Below are positions 1 through 10,276 of a stretch of DNA of 42,893 bases, piece after piece (the stretch's first letter is position 1; each line of letters opens with the position of its first letter). The position numbers were made by a program, and so were the translations under genes. This stretch comes from an uncultured Pseudomonadales bacterium (GTDB lineage: Bacteria > Pseudomonadota > Gammaproteobacteria > Pseudomonadales > Azotimanducaceae), in assembly GCA_964351065.1 (NCBI GenBank), contig CAYGNA010000001.1, positions 1 through 42,893 on the forward strand. Reading direction: 5' to 3'. The notes below the pieces were generated by a model. The model was not told the DNA's origin and did no database searches. It saw only the letters and a program-made list of their open reading frames with translations.

Positions 1-23
1 ATAAAAATGAGGGATTGTTCCAT
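1..23 (-). CDS. atpE: F0F1 ATP synthase subunit c, 5' end only (runs off the left edge)
   Basis: Minus-strand ATG at 21-23 reads MEQSLIF... It follows a GGAG RBS (rc of 26-33) and lies 52 nt downstream of the atpB stop. The atpI-atpB-atpE order is expected. Only 7 codons are visible. Confidence 0.45.
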
Positions 24-75
24 GACTTACTCCTGCGGTTGCTAGTCAGATTGGTGAAAGTTAAATGTCTTTAGG

Positions 76-1189
<1,114 letters not shown>

Positions 1190-1383
1190 TCCGCCCAGAA
1201 ATACAGAGTAGGCGGCAACCCAGTCAAAAGGTACAAAAAGGGTTGTGGCGAGAATCGTCGCTATCAGTTGCGCCCGAAAAATTCGGTACGCTGGTCTTTG
1301 GCCTCGGTTATCGATTGAATCAGGCTCGCTGTTTCTCTCTTGAACGTCCCGTTACCAAAAACCCGGGTCCGTTGCGGTGGCAG

Positions 1384-1412
1384 AGTATAGTGATTTACGT
1401 GTGGCCAATCAA
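1384..1412 (-). promoter_or_regulatory. Candidate sigma70 promoter of the atp operon
   Basis: Minus strand reads TTGATT (1412-1407), a 17-nt spacer, then TATACT (1389-1384). It sits just upstream of the atpI frame and downstream of the parB stop. Confidence 0.5.
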
Positions 1413-1470
1413 CTTGAAACTATCGCATATACAAGGGTTTTCCGCAGTATTCATCGGAAAAACCTGCCTG

Positions 1471-2340
1471 TTAGTCCAGTTCACCAAAGTGGCTCAGAAT
1501 GCCGTCCAGTTCATCGAGGCTATTGTAATTGATCACCAGCTTGCCTTTGCCTTTTGTCGTGTGCTGAATCTGCACCGGCTGGCCTAGCTGGGAAGATATT
1601 CGCTGCTCCAGCGTTCGGGTATCAGCGTCAACATTGCGCGCTGGCATCTTTTCCTTCTTGCCAGCCGAGAGACTGCGAACCAGCGCCTCTGCCTGTCGAA
1701 CGTTCATCGACCTTGCGGCTATTTCGCGGGCTGCTGCTGCCTGTTGGTCATCGGGTAAGCCAAGCAGTGCCCGGGCATGGCCCATTTCGATATCACCGTT
1801 GCCCAGCATCTGGGCGACAGGCGGCGCCAGGTTAATTAACCGCAGATAGTTTGTCACCGCTGTCCGGCTTTTGCCCACAGCATCCGCGACTTGCTGATGC
1901 GTCAGCTCAAATTCCTGTATCAGGCGCTGCAGCGCATGCGCTTCTTCCATTGGATTAAGGTCTTCGCGCTGAATATTCTCGATAAGGGACATGGCGATGG
2001 CCGCTTCATCGTCTACTTCCCTGATTACCGCGGGTACCTTCGCCAGGCCAGCCAATTGGGCAGCGCGCCAGCGACGCTCGCCGGCGATAATTTCATACCG
2101 TTTTTCGCCAACACTTCGAAGCACAATCGGCTGCATGACACCCTGTGCACGAATCGATGCGGCCAGCTCCTGCAAGGTCGACTCATCCATCACCTTGCGG
2201 GGCTGGTATTTTCCGGGCCTGATCCATTCAACAGGGACTTCCTCAAGCAGCTGTCCACCCATCGGTGCCGCGGCGTCTGGCCGGACCTCGGCGCCCAGCA
2301 ACGCATCCAACCCACGGCCCAGTCTTCTCTTTCCTGCCAT
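1471..2340 (-). CDS. parB: Chromosome partitioning protein ParB
   Basis: The ORF contains MAGKRRLGRGLDALL, the GERRWRAA box and an HTH. The ATG at 2338-2340 gives 289 aa. The longer 374-aa ORF would overlap parA and has a non-ParB N-terminus. Confidence 0.92.
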   Translation of the reverse strand: MAGKRRLGRGLDALLGAEVRPDAAAPMGGQLLEEVPVEWIRPGKYQPRKVMDESTLQELAASIRAQGVMQPIVLRSVGEKRYEIIAGERRWRAAQLAGLAKVPAVIREVDDEAAIAMSLIENIQREDLNPMEEAHALQRLIQEFELTHQQVADAVGKSRTAVTNYLRLINLAPPVAQMLGNGDIEMGHARALLGLPDDQQAAAAREIAARSMNVRQAEALVRSLSAGKKEKMPARNVDADTRTLEQRISSQLGQPVQIQHTTKGKGKLVINYNSLDELDGILSHFGELD

Positions 2341-2404
2341 TACATTGTCCCTGACCAGTGTGCCTGGCGTATCCTGCATTACCTGGTATGTATTCCTGTA
2401 AGTT

Positions 2405-3196
2405 TTAAGCCCTTTCGGCTTCCTGCGAGCGAAGCTCGTATCGGCGCACCAGTTCACTGGCCAGCGCCAGGTAGGCCTTGGCTCCGCGAGACTGTTTATC
2501 ATAATACAACACCGGCAAACCATAGCTCGGCGCCTCGGCAAGCCGGACATTCCGGGGTACGACGGTCCGAAATACCTTGTCGCCGAAATGGTCAAGCAAC
2601 TGTCGGGATACGTCTATGGTCAGGCTGTTGCGGGGATCAAACATCGTACGCACAATGCCCTCTATCTCGAGTGAAGGATTCAGCTTACCGGTAATCCGTG
2701 AGACGGTATTCATCAGTGCAGACAACCCCTCCAGTGCATAATATTCGCATTGCATCGGTATGATGACCGCGTTTGCCGCCACCAGACCATTAATCGTCAA
2801 CAGGCTCAGCGAGGGGGGACAATCTATAACAACAAAATCATAACGGTCCTGCACCGCACCAAGCGCCGTCCGCAGCCGATATTCCCGCTGATCTGCGTCC
2901 ATCAGCGCAAGCTCAGCCGCGGTGAGGTCGACGTTGGACCCAAGAATCTCATAGCCTGCTGATTCTGCCTCTACGACGGCCGCCTCGACGGGCAACCCGT
3001 CAACCACGACATCATAAACACTGGTTTCAAGCTCACTCTTGTCGACGCCACTACCCATCGTGGCATTCCCCTGGGGGTCTAGGTCCACAACAAGCACCCG
3101 GCGACGCATGGCCGCAAGGGACGCCGCCAGGTTAACCGCGGTTGTCGTCTTGCCAACACCACCTTTTTGATTCGCTATTGCCAGGATAATCGCCAA
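2405..3196 (-). CDS. parA: Chromosome partitioning ATPase ParA/Soj
   Basis: Deviant Walker A (KGGVGKTT) and ParA-family length (263 aa). It lies upstream of parB. TTG start. Confidence 0.93.
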   Translation of the reverse strand: MAIILAIANQKGGVGKTTTAVNLAASLAAMRRRVLVVDLDPQGNATMGSGVDKSELETSVYDVVVDGLPVEAAVVEAESAGYEILGSNVDLTAAELALMDADQREYRLRTALGAVQDRYDFVVIDCPPSLSLLTINGLVAANAVIIPMQCEYYALEGLSALMNTVSRITGKLNPSLEIEGIVRTMFDPRNSLTIDVSRQLLDHFGDKVFRTVVPRNVRLAEAPSYGLPVLYYDKQSRGAKAYLALASELVRRYELRSQEAERA

Positions 3197-3206
3197 AACC
3201 GGCTCC

Positions 3207-3833
3207 TTACCTTTTTTCCATTACAATGAGCTGTCGTCTGCCTTGGATACCAGGTACCGCCAGGTTGTGGCTGCACTGGAACAAAAGCTCTCCGTAAGAC
3301 CGCTCAACTTCTGCCGTCTCCACTGCGCCTTTCATCGCCAGGATCTTTCCCCCCGGGGCGAGCAGGTGAGCCGTCAATTTGCAAATTTCAGGCAAGGGAG
3401 CAAAGGCCCGGCAGGTCACCATAGCAAAGCTGCCTTCAAAATCCTCTACCCGAGAATGCGCCACGCGGACATTGCGCAGACCCAGACTGATTCTGGCCTG
3501 CTCCAGAAAACGCACCTTTTTGCCGTTACTGTCGAGCAGCGTCACGGCAAGCCCCGGGTTGCAGATGGCAAGCGGTATACCGGGCTGACCGCCCCCACTG
3601 CCAACATCAATCAACGAGTCGCCCTCCAGGAACGGCTGGACGGCAAGTGAGTCGAGCAAATGATAGGCCGTGGACCTATCCTCCAGCACTCGCGTCAGGT
3701 TGTAGACCCGATTCCAACGCTGGAGCAAGCGATCATAGTCCAACAACAGACCAATCGCTTCTTCTCCAACCGGGATGCCAAGCGTTTCCAGTCCGGCACG
3801 AAGTTCCGTCAGCTCCGGTGGATCAATTGACAC
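3207..3833 (-). CDS. rsmG: 16S rRNA (guanine527-N7)-methyltransferase RsmG (GidB)
   Basis: 208 aa with the SAM motif DVGSGGGQPGIPLAI. Position is immediately downstream of mnmG. Confidence 0.9.
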   Translation of the reverse strand: MSIDPPELTELRAGLETLGIPVGEEAIGLLLDYDRLLQRWNRVYNLTRVLEDRSTAYHLLDSLAVQPFLEGDSLIDVGSGGGQPGIPLAICNPGLAVTLLDSNGKKVRFLEQARISLGLRNVRVAHSRVEDFEGSFAMVTCRAFAPLPEICKLTAHLLAPGGKILAMKGAVETAEVERSYGELLFQCSHNLAVPGIQGRRQLIVMEKR

Positions 3834-5707
3834 TAGGCAGTCCTTCTGTAGTGACCCGCCTTCTTCAGGTGGACAAGTAACAGAGATATTGCAGCTGGCG
3901 TCATCCCTGGTATACGTGACGCCTGGCCGACGGTGGCCGGCCTGACCTGGTCAAGTTTCTGCCGAACTTCATGCGACAACCCGCCAATGGATTGGTAATC
4001 AATCTCCTCCGGTATGGGGAGGCCATGCTGTGACTGAACCCGGTCAATCTCATCCTGTTGCCGTGTAATATATCCCTCATACTTGAGATCAATTTCCAAC
4101 TGTTCGTTAACTTCCTCATCTTCCCAATCAAGACCCACGCTCGATAGCATCGCTTCGATCGTGACGCCAGGTCGTTTCAACAGGTCTGCCAATGTGTACT
4201 CCCTGGCGAGAGGCTGACCTACCAGCGCTTCAATCTGCTCATCGCCAGGCCTGCCAAGACTTGCTTCCAGCACGTTGCGGCGAGTCGACAGCATTGCAGT
4301 TTTCTCGTTAAAGCGCGCCCAGCGTTCTTCGCCAACCAGGCCAAGTTCGCGCCCTTGCGGCGTCAGGCGGCGGTCCGCATTATCCTGCCGCAGTATCAGT
4401 CGATACTCTGCCCGGCTGGTAAACATCCGGTAAGGTTCTTTGGTGCCCATGGTAATCAAATCGTCAATCAGTACACCGATATAGGCCTCGCTGCGCGCTG
4501 GCGTCCAGGGCGATTCTCCAAACGCGAGCCGGGCTGCGTTGATACCCGCGATAAGGCCCTGTGCCCCCGCCTCTTCATAACCTGTTGTGCCATTAATCTG
4601 ACCGGCGAAGAAAAGGCCCTGCACATGTCGGGTTTCCAGCGAGGGTTTCAATTCCCTTGGTTCAAAAAAGTCATACTCTATAGCGTATCCAGGGCGAGTA
4701 ATGTGTGCGTGTTCAAAGCCCTTGATACTTCTTACCAGCGCTAATTGCACATCAAACGGCAGGCTGGTGGATATGCCATTGGGATAGAGCTCATTGGTAT
4801 CGAGGCCTTCCGGTTCAATGAAGATCTGGTGGGATGTCTTGTCCGCAAAACGGACTACCTTATCTTCGATAGAGGGGCAGTACCGGGGGCCAACGCCATC
4901 AATCTCACCGGTATACAAGGGGGAACGGTCCAGACCGGAACGGATAATGTCATGGGTCTGTTCACTGGTATGGGTAATGAAACATGAGACCTGGGCAGGG
5001 TGATCCGCACGATTTCCCATAAACGACATGACGGGACGTGGTTCGTCCCCGGGTTGTTCCTCGAGGCCGCTGTAGTCAACGGTGCTGCCATCAATACGCG
5101 GCGGCGTCCCGGTCTTCAGACGACCGACCGTAAAAGGCATCTCGCGCAAGCGGTCAGCGAGGCGGTTTGAAGGCGCGTCGCCTGCCCTGCCACCAGCCTG
5201 CTTATCCATGCCCACATGGATAATGCCACCGAGAAATGTACCTACCGTCAATACAACTGCGCTCCCCATAAAGCGAAGCCCAAGGTTCGTGACAACCCCG
5301 GTAACCCGATCGCCTGCACAAACGAGGTCATCAGCTGACTGCTGAAACACCAACAGGTTTTCCTGCGCTTCGATAAAACCCCGGATCGCTCGTCTGTACA
5401 GCATCCGGTCAGCCTGTGCACGCGTTGCACGCACTGCTGGTCCCTTACGGGCATTTAGCGTACGAAAGTGAATACCCGCTCGATCGGCGGCTTGTGCCAT
5501 AGCGCCACCGAGCGCGTCGATCTCTTTTACCAGGTGGCTCTTGCCAATCCCGCCTATTGCCGGATTGCAGGACATTTGACCAAGCGTTTCTATATTCTGT
5601 GTCAGCAGCAGGGTACGCGCGCCCATTCTGGCTGCAGCAAGGGCGGCCTCGGTGCCAGCGTGGCCACCGCCAATCACGATGACATCAAACTGTTCGGGGT
5701 AATCCAT
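3833..5707 (-). CDS. mnmG: tRNA uridine-5-carboxymethylaminomethyl synthesis enzyme MnmG (GidA)
   Basis: 624 aa with an N-terminal FAD motif ([15 protein letters not shown]) and conserved GidA blocks. Confidence 0.95.
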   Translation of the reverse strand: MDYPEQFDVIVIGGGHAGTEAALAAARMGARTLLLTQNIETLGQMSCNPAIGGIGKSHLVKEIDALGGAMAQAADRAGIHFRTLNARKGPAVRATRAQADRMLYRRAIRGFIEAQENLLVFQQSADDLVCAGDRVTGVVTNLGLRFMGSAVVLTVGTFLGGIIHVGMDKQAGGRAGDAPSNRLADRLREMPFTVGRLKTGTPPRIDGSTVDYSGLEEQPGDEPRPVMSFMGNRADHPAQVSCFITHTSEQTHDIIRSGLDRSPLYTGEIDGVGPRYCPSIEDKVVRFADKTSHQIFIEPEGLDTNELYPNGISTSLPFDVQLALVRSIKGFEHAHITRPGYAIEYDFFEPRELKPSLETRHVQGLFFAGQINGTTGYEEAGAQGLIAGINAARLAFGESPWTPARSEAYIGVLIDDLITMGTKEPYRMFTSRAEYRLILRQDNADRRLTPQGRELGLVGEERWARFNEKTAMLSTRRNVLEASLGRPGDEQIEALVGQPLAREYTLADLLKRPGVTIEAMLSSVGLDWEDEEVNEQLEIDLKYEGYITRQQDEIDRVQSQHGLPIPEEIDYQSIGGLSHEVRQKLDQVRPATVGQASRIPGMTPAAISLLLVHLKKAGHYRRTA

Positions 5708-5842
5708 GTGTCACCCTCCTGTAGGGACGGGCAAGTATACGGATGATCAACTGGAAGTCCACGACTAGCTGGACGCGCCTGGTCTACCAGTGGATGAAGT
5801 TTGGGCTTCTAGCTAGAGTCGCAGGTCGTGGGCTTCTTCTGG

Positions 5843-7204
5843 CTATTTGCCGATACAGAAACTCGCAAATATTTCTCCCAGGAGGTCGTCGGAGCTGAAT
5901 TCGCCGGTAATCTCTGAGAGCGCCTCGTGCGCTAGTCGAAGTTCTTCGGCCAATAGTTCTCCCGCCATGTTCTGCGTAAGCTCGCGTTGCCCTGCCTCAA
6001 GACACAGATGAGCACGTCGCAGCGCTTCCAGGTGTCTGCGTCTTGCCGTAAATGCGCCTTCACCGGCGTTGTCGAAACCCGCGAGGTGTTTTATATGAGC
6101 CTTGAGCGAATCTATGCCTTCTCCGGTTTTTGCAGATACCAGTAGTGGCGTTGTCAGATTACTAGCCAGCGCCCTGTCTATCAGGTCCAGTTTATTGAGC
6201 ACCACTGTGATGTTGCCAGCCTTATCGAGTTCTGATCGCAACAACTCTGTCTCGGCCAGGTGATCACCAGCGTCTCCACTGGCATCAATCACAAGCAGCA
6301 CCTGATCAGCGGACTTGGCCTCTTGCAGCGCCCGCCTGATGCCTTCTGCCTCTACTTCATCAGGACTTGGCCTGAGCCCAGCCGTATCTACGAGCCGAAG
6401 CGGTATGCCATCAATATGGATATGTTCACGGACCAGGTCACGCGTTGTACCCGGCACGCTGGTAACAATAGAAGACTCATTGCCAGTTAACCGATTCATG
6501 AGACTGGACTTGCCGGCATTGGGCCTGCCAACAATCACAAGGCTGATGCCTTCTTTCAGCAAGGCACCCTGACGGGCTTCGGCTATTGTGGTGTCGAGTG
6601 CCTGCTGTATGCTGGTCAGCGAATTGCCGATCCGATCGTCTTCCAGAAAGTCTATTTCTTCTTCTGGAAAATCGATCGCGGCTTCCACATACATGCGAAG
6701 ACGAATCATCTGTTCAGACAGTTTTTCTATTCTCTGCCGAAACTCGCCGGCAAGGGACCGTACTGCCCCTCTAGCCGCTTGTTGGCTAACGCTGTCGATG
6801 AGGTCCGCGATGGCTTCAGCCTGGGTAAGATCAATTTTGTCGTTGAGATATGCGCGCTCACTGAACTCACCGGGCAGCGCTATGCGGGCACCGGCCCTAA
6901 CAACCTGTTCAAGGAGCATGTCCATCACTACAGGACCACCGTGTCCCTGTAGTTCCAGCACATCCTCTCCAGTAAAAGAATTTGGGGTGGGGAAAAAAAG
7001 GGCTATGCCACTATCGATGGTACTGCCGTCATCTGCCAGGAAGTTTGTGAGCCAGGCCAGCCGGGGCGGGGGTAATTTACCAAGTACCGCAGCAGCGATA
7101 GCCGACACACCAGATCCCGAGATTCTGACAATGCCGATTCCACCACGACCGGGCGGCGTCGCTATAGCAGCTATTGTATCTTTGCTGGAGACACCGCGGC
7201 TCAT
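5843..7204 (-). CDS. mnmE: tRNA modification GTPase MnmE (TrmE)
   Basis: 453 aa with the G-domain GRPNAGKSSL and the C-terminal FCIGK motif. Confidence 0.95.
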   Translation of the reverse strand: MSRGVSSKDTIAAIATPPGRGGIGIVRISGSGVSAIAAAVLGKLPPPRLAWLTNFLADDGSTIDSGIALFFPTPNSFTGEDVLELQGHGGPVVMDMLLEQVVRAGARIALPGEFSERAYLNDKIDLTQAEAIADLIDSVSQQAARGAVRSLAGEFRQRIEKLSEQMIRLRMYVEAAIDFPEEEIDFLEDDRIGNSLTSIQQALDTTIAEARQGALLKEGISLVIVGRPNAGKSSLMNRLTGNESSIVTSVPGTTRDLVREHIHIDGIPLRLVDTAGLRPSPDEVEAEGIRRALQEAKSADQVLLVIDASGDAGDHLAETELLRSELDKAGNITVVLNKLDLIDRALASNLTTPLLVSAKTGEGIDSLKAHIKHLAGFDNAGEGAFTARRRHLEALRRAHLCLEAGQRELTQNMAGELLAEELRLAHEALSEITGEFSSDDLLGEIFASFCIGK

Positions 7205-7213
7205 AACAGCTTG

Positions 7214-8896
7214 TCAGGTTTTCTTTTCGAGTTGCCTCGTTACGTACCACTGTTGAAGAATAGACAGCAGGTTGTTGACGAGCCAATAGAGCACTAATCC
7301 GGAAGGGAACCAGAGGAAGAAGAAGGTGAACATGATTGGCATCAGTTTGAATATTTTCGCCTGCATGGGGTCGGGCGGTTCTGGCTGAAGCATTTGGGTA
7401 ACATACATTGAGATGCCCATGAGAATCGGCAGGACAAAGTAGGGATCCATATCCGACAGGTCGTGAATCCATAGCATAAATGGCGCCTGTCTCAGTTCAA
7501 CGCTTTCCAGCAGGGTCCAGTAGAGGGCAAGAAAAACAGGCATCTGCAGCAAAACGGGGAAGCAGCCACCCAGAGGATTGGCGCCTTCCTTTTTGTAGAG
7601 TTCCATCATCGCCTGGGAAAACTGTTGTCGATCGTCACCATAACGCTCTTTCAGCCTGGCCATTTCTGGCTGTAGCTTCCTCATCTTGGCCATTGAGCGG
7701 AAACTGGCTGCTGACAGCGGATACAGCAACGTCTTTACAATTACGGTGAGCAAAATAATAGCGACACCCCAGTTATTGACCACACCATGTATCAGGTTGA
7801 GCAGGTCAAACAGAGGCTGGGCCAGCCACCAGAGGAATCCATAGTCAACGGTTAGATCAAGCCCCGGGGTTATCTGCTCCAATCGATACTGGTCCTTTGG
7901 ACCTGCATAAAATTGTGCACCTATTGTGCCCTTGTCACCGGGCGCGACCGACTGAAGCGGTGACGTAAACTCGAAGAGGTACACATCCTGACCGTTTAGT
8001 TTTCTGGCCGTATAGGTATGCGTTTTACCGGCTTCTGGTATCCATGCACTCAGAAAGTAGTGCTGGACCATGGCGATATAACCGCCCTCTATGTTCTGCT
8101 GGTACCGTTCTTCTTCTATATCGTCAAATTGCAGTTTGGTATACGGGGAACCAGGCTGGAAGGTCGCGGCACCAACATATGGTTTTAAACCCATGCCGTT
8201 TTCATCGCTGAACACCGGACTTTCGCCGTTTCGTTTTATCTGGCCAAACAGCGCTGCGGTCCAGGGCGTGGCAGAATTGTTTTCTACGAGATAGTCGACG
8301 TTGATCAGGTAGTCGCCCCGGAAGAAGGTAAACCGTTTGACAAGCTTTATGCCGTCGACTTCTGGCAGGGTTAGGTCAACAGTCAGTTCGTTGTCGTTGC
8401 CAAGTTCATACACAGACTGCCTGGTCTGGAAGAGCGGTCTGCCTTCTGGTTTGTCAGTGCCGTTGGGGCCAACAAGTCCACTTTGAGCCGCATAATTGTT
8501 TCGGGGATCAACCAGGGGAAACGGGACATCGGGTGTGTCGATATGTTCCGGGAAGGCCGGCAGGAGCACATGCTCTATGTCGCCGCCATTACGATCTATC
8601 CTGATGTTGAGTACGTCAGTTTTAACTTCAATAAAACGGCTCGTATCCATTGTGGTAACAGCCGTTGTTGCTGGCGCTGTTCTTGCCGGCAACATTTCCG
8701 CCGCGAGAGGTATTTCATCAGACGCAACCACAGTACCGTCATCAGAAATATCCGGGATCGTATCAGCAGACGGCGCGGCTATCGCTGCTGGCTGCGATGT
8801 GGCCCCCCTGTCACCGTAGTCTTCGTTCCATGCCAGTACCAGCATGTAGGATGTTACAGCGAGGCCCAGCAGGATTAGGATTCGTTGGATGTCCAC
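7214..8896 (-). CDS. yidC: Membrane protein insertase YidC
   Basis: 560 aa with an N-terminal TM, a large periplasmic domain and the conserved C-terminal 5-TM core. Conserved rnpA-yidD-yidC-mnmE order. Confidence 0.95.
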   Translation of the reverse strand: MDIQRILILLGLAVTSYMLVLAWNEDYGDRGATSQPAAIAAPSADTIPDISDDGTVVASDEIPLAAEMLPARTAPATTAVTTMDTSRFIEVKTDVLNIRIDRNGGDIEHVLLPAFPEHIDTPDVPFPLVDPRNNYAAQSGLVGPNGTDKPEGRPLFQTRQSVYELGNDNELTVDLTLPEVDGIKLVKRFTFFRGDYLINVDYLVENNSATPWTAALFGQIKRNGESPVFSDENGMGLKPYVGAATFQPGSPYTKLQFDDIEEERYQQNIEGGYIAMVQHYFLSAWIPEAGKTHTYTARKLNGQDVYLFEFTSPLQSVAPGDKGTIGAQFYAGPKDQYRLEQITPGLDLTVDYGFLWWLAQPLFDLLNLIHGVVNNWGVAIILLTVIVKTLLYPLSAASFRSMAKMRKLQPEMARLKERYGDDRQQFSQAMMELYKKEGANPLGGCFPVLLQMPVFLALYWTLLESVELRQAPFMLWIHDLSDMDPYFVLPILMGISMYVTQMLQPEPPDPMQAKIFKLMPIMFTFFFLWFPSGLVLYWLVNNLLSILQQWYVTRQLEKKT

Positions 8897-8898
8897 GG

Positions 8899-9153
8899 TT
8901 ACTCCGTTGCAGCCGGTTTGGAGGAGCAGGAGTGGTCAGGGACATGGTCCACGCCTCCAGGATGAAAAGGGTGGCATTTGCCAACACGTTTAATGGCAAG
9001 AAAAGAGCCACGCAGGACACCATGAAGGCTAATCGCTTCTATGGCGTAACTGGAACATGAAGGGTAGAAACGACAGCGCTGTCCTAGTACCAGGCTTAAC
9101 GTTAACTGGTAAATCTTGAGCAGGTTAATCAGGACTGACTGCGGGATATTCAT
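8899..9153 (-). CDS. yidD: Membrane protein insertion efficiency factor YidD
   Basis: Conserved YidD motif ([15 protein letters not shown]…HPFHPGG). The ATG at 9151-9153 forms an ATGA overlap with the rnpA stop. The longest ORF starts at 9189. Confidence 0.85.
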   Translation of the reverse strand: MNIPQSVLINLLKIYQLTLSLVLGQRCRFYPSCSSYAIEAISLHGVLRGSFLAIKRVGKCHPFHPGGVDHVPDHSCSSKPAATE

Positions 9154-9524
9154 GAAGGTTTCCAGCGCTTTGCCGCTAAAGCTGTCCACATTGCTTCCAG
9201 CGCCAAAAACAATTCAGTATTTGCGGCGTGCCGTGCAGGTGGTCTGGCAATGATAACAATATCGATTTTTTTTTCATTGCACGTTCGCCGAAATGATTCT
9301 TTTATAACGCGGCGGATCCTGTTTCGGTTTACAGCGTTGCCCGCGACTTTTTTACTGACCACAGTACCCATTCGACCAGCAGAGACCGGATTTGATGTAG
9401 CAAGCAACAGAAAAGGCGGTTTGGAAAACCGGAACTCCGTTTTGGAGAAAACCTGATCAAAATCGGATTTAGTCAGGAGGCGGAAGTGCCTTGGGAATCC
9501 TTCAGGCTGATGACTGGTTATCAG
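9150..9524 (-). CDS. rnpA: RNase P protein component RnpA (5' boundary uncertain, no canonical start)
   Basis: RnpA signature (…[17 protein letters not shown]…[24 protein letters not shown]). The longest ORF with a canonical start (TTG at 9407) removes the conserved N-terminal third. The frame is open up to 9617. CTG 9524-9522 and ATA 9521-9519 are the only plausible starts. Confidence 0.8.
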   Translation of the reverse strand: MITSHQPEGFPRHFRLLTKSDFDQVFSKTEFRFSKPPFLLLATSNPVSAGRMGTVVSKKVAGNAVNRNRIRRVIKESFRRTCNEKKIDIVIIARPPARHAANTELFLALEAMWTALAAKRWKPS

Positions 9525-9655
9525 GCCGAGAGTACCTTGCGACCTTTGGCCCGACGTCTTTTCAACACCATTCGACCGGCTTTGGTCGCCATTCGTGAGC
9601 GGAAACCATGAGTACGCTTACGCTTCAATACGCTGGGTTGAAATGTTCTTTTCAT
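9521..9655 (-). CDS. rpmH: 50S ribosomal protein L34
   Basis: My own translation gives [44 protein letters not shown] (44 aa), a textbook L34. It falls below the ORF-track length cutoff. Confidence 0.95.
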   Translation of the reverse strand: MKRTFQPSVLKRKRTHGFRSRMATKAGRMVLKRRRAKGRKVLSA

Positions 9656-9690
9656 CTTTATACACCGGAGACCGGAAAACAGGAGGCGCG

Positions 9691-9719
9691 ATTCTAAAGA
9701 AGAAGAGGCGATAGGTCAA
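9691..9719 (-). promoter_or_regulatory. Candidate sigma70 promoter of rpmH-rnpA
   Basis: Minus strand reads TTGACC (9719-9714), a 17-nt spacer, then TAGAAT (9696-9691). The -10 ends about 35 nt upstream of the rpmH ATG. Confidence 0.55.
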
Positions 9720-9983
9720 TTTTGTTTAAGGCCATTTTTTGTTTCGTGCTGCGTTCGGTTCGGTCTGGCCTGAACTTTTTTTGTGGGTTATTTGGGCTAC
9801 TTCATTTTTCTACAGAGTTTTGGCTACAGATAATAGAAGAAGATTTATATATATAGAAACTTGTTACTACTACTCTTATTAAGAGGGCCTGGCCTGTGGG
9901 TAGTTTGTATTACCCAGTGCTTTATCAGTAGGTTAGGCGATTTGAAAGTCGGTGGTCTTTCGGTTGATTAAGGGCGTGGTTCC

Positions 9984-9992
9984 TGTGGACAA
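9984..9992 (-). promoter_or_regulatory. DnaA box (TTGTCCACA, 1 mismatch)
   Basis: The plus strand reads TGTGGACAA. Confidence 0.5.
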
Positions 9993-10012
9993 CCTATGGA
10001 TGGTTACAAGGC

Positions 10013-10021
10013 TTATCCCCA
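10013..10021 (+). promoter_or_regulatory. DnaA box (TTATCCCCA, 1 mismatch)
   Basis: Direct read of the sequence. Confidence 0.45.
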
Positions 10022-10051
10022 CCCTGGCCGTGATCAGATAAATGTGAAATT

Positions 10052-10060
10052 TTATCCACA
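10052..10060 (+). promoter_or_regulatory. DnaA box (TTATCCACA, perfect consensus)
   Basis: Direct read of the sequence. Confidence 0.65.
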
Positions 10061-10276
10061 GGTTACACACAGGTTAACCACTGCATACTGACCGGATGTT
10101 AGACATAACTTATTGAAAAATAAGAAAAAGTATTTCACTTTTTTTGTTGTTAACAGTTGGCTTGTGGTTATGTTTGGGGTTACTATGGCGATCGTCAGCA
10201 AGGCGCTCTTATTTGGTTCCTGTCTGGTTGAAATCTCCAACACTACACAATAATAACGCAGTCTACCGGAGGATCT

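Larger units (their letters stand above)
9780..10180. other. Candidate chromosomal replication origin (oriC) and dnaA control region
   Basis: About 600-bp non-coding gap between rpmH and dnaA. It has three close DnaA boxes at 9984-10060 plus several 2-mismatch boxes, and AT-rich tracts at 9821-9880 and 10100-10150. Gene orientation switches here, minus to the left and plus to the right. Confidence 0.55.

Noticed and set aside
2341-2595. 85-aa N-terminal extension of the longest parB ORF (374 aa)
   Set aside because: The extension overlaps the 3' end of parA and has no ParB-like sequence. The canonical ParB N-terminus MAGKRRLGRGLDALL starts at the ATG at 2340.
5755-5837. Imperfect long-range inverted repeat in the mnmE-mnmG gap (GAAGTCCACGACTAGC … GCTAG…GTCGTGGGCTTC)
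   Set aside because: The stem is interrupted and the loop is about 40 nt. There is no U-tract and there are no DnaA boxes. I could not assign it as a terminator or operator with any confidence.
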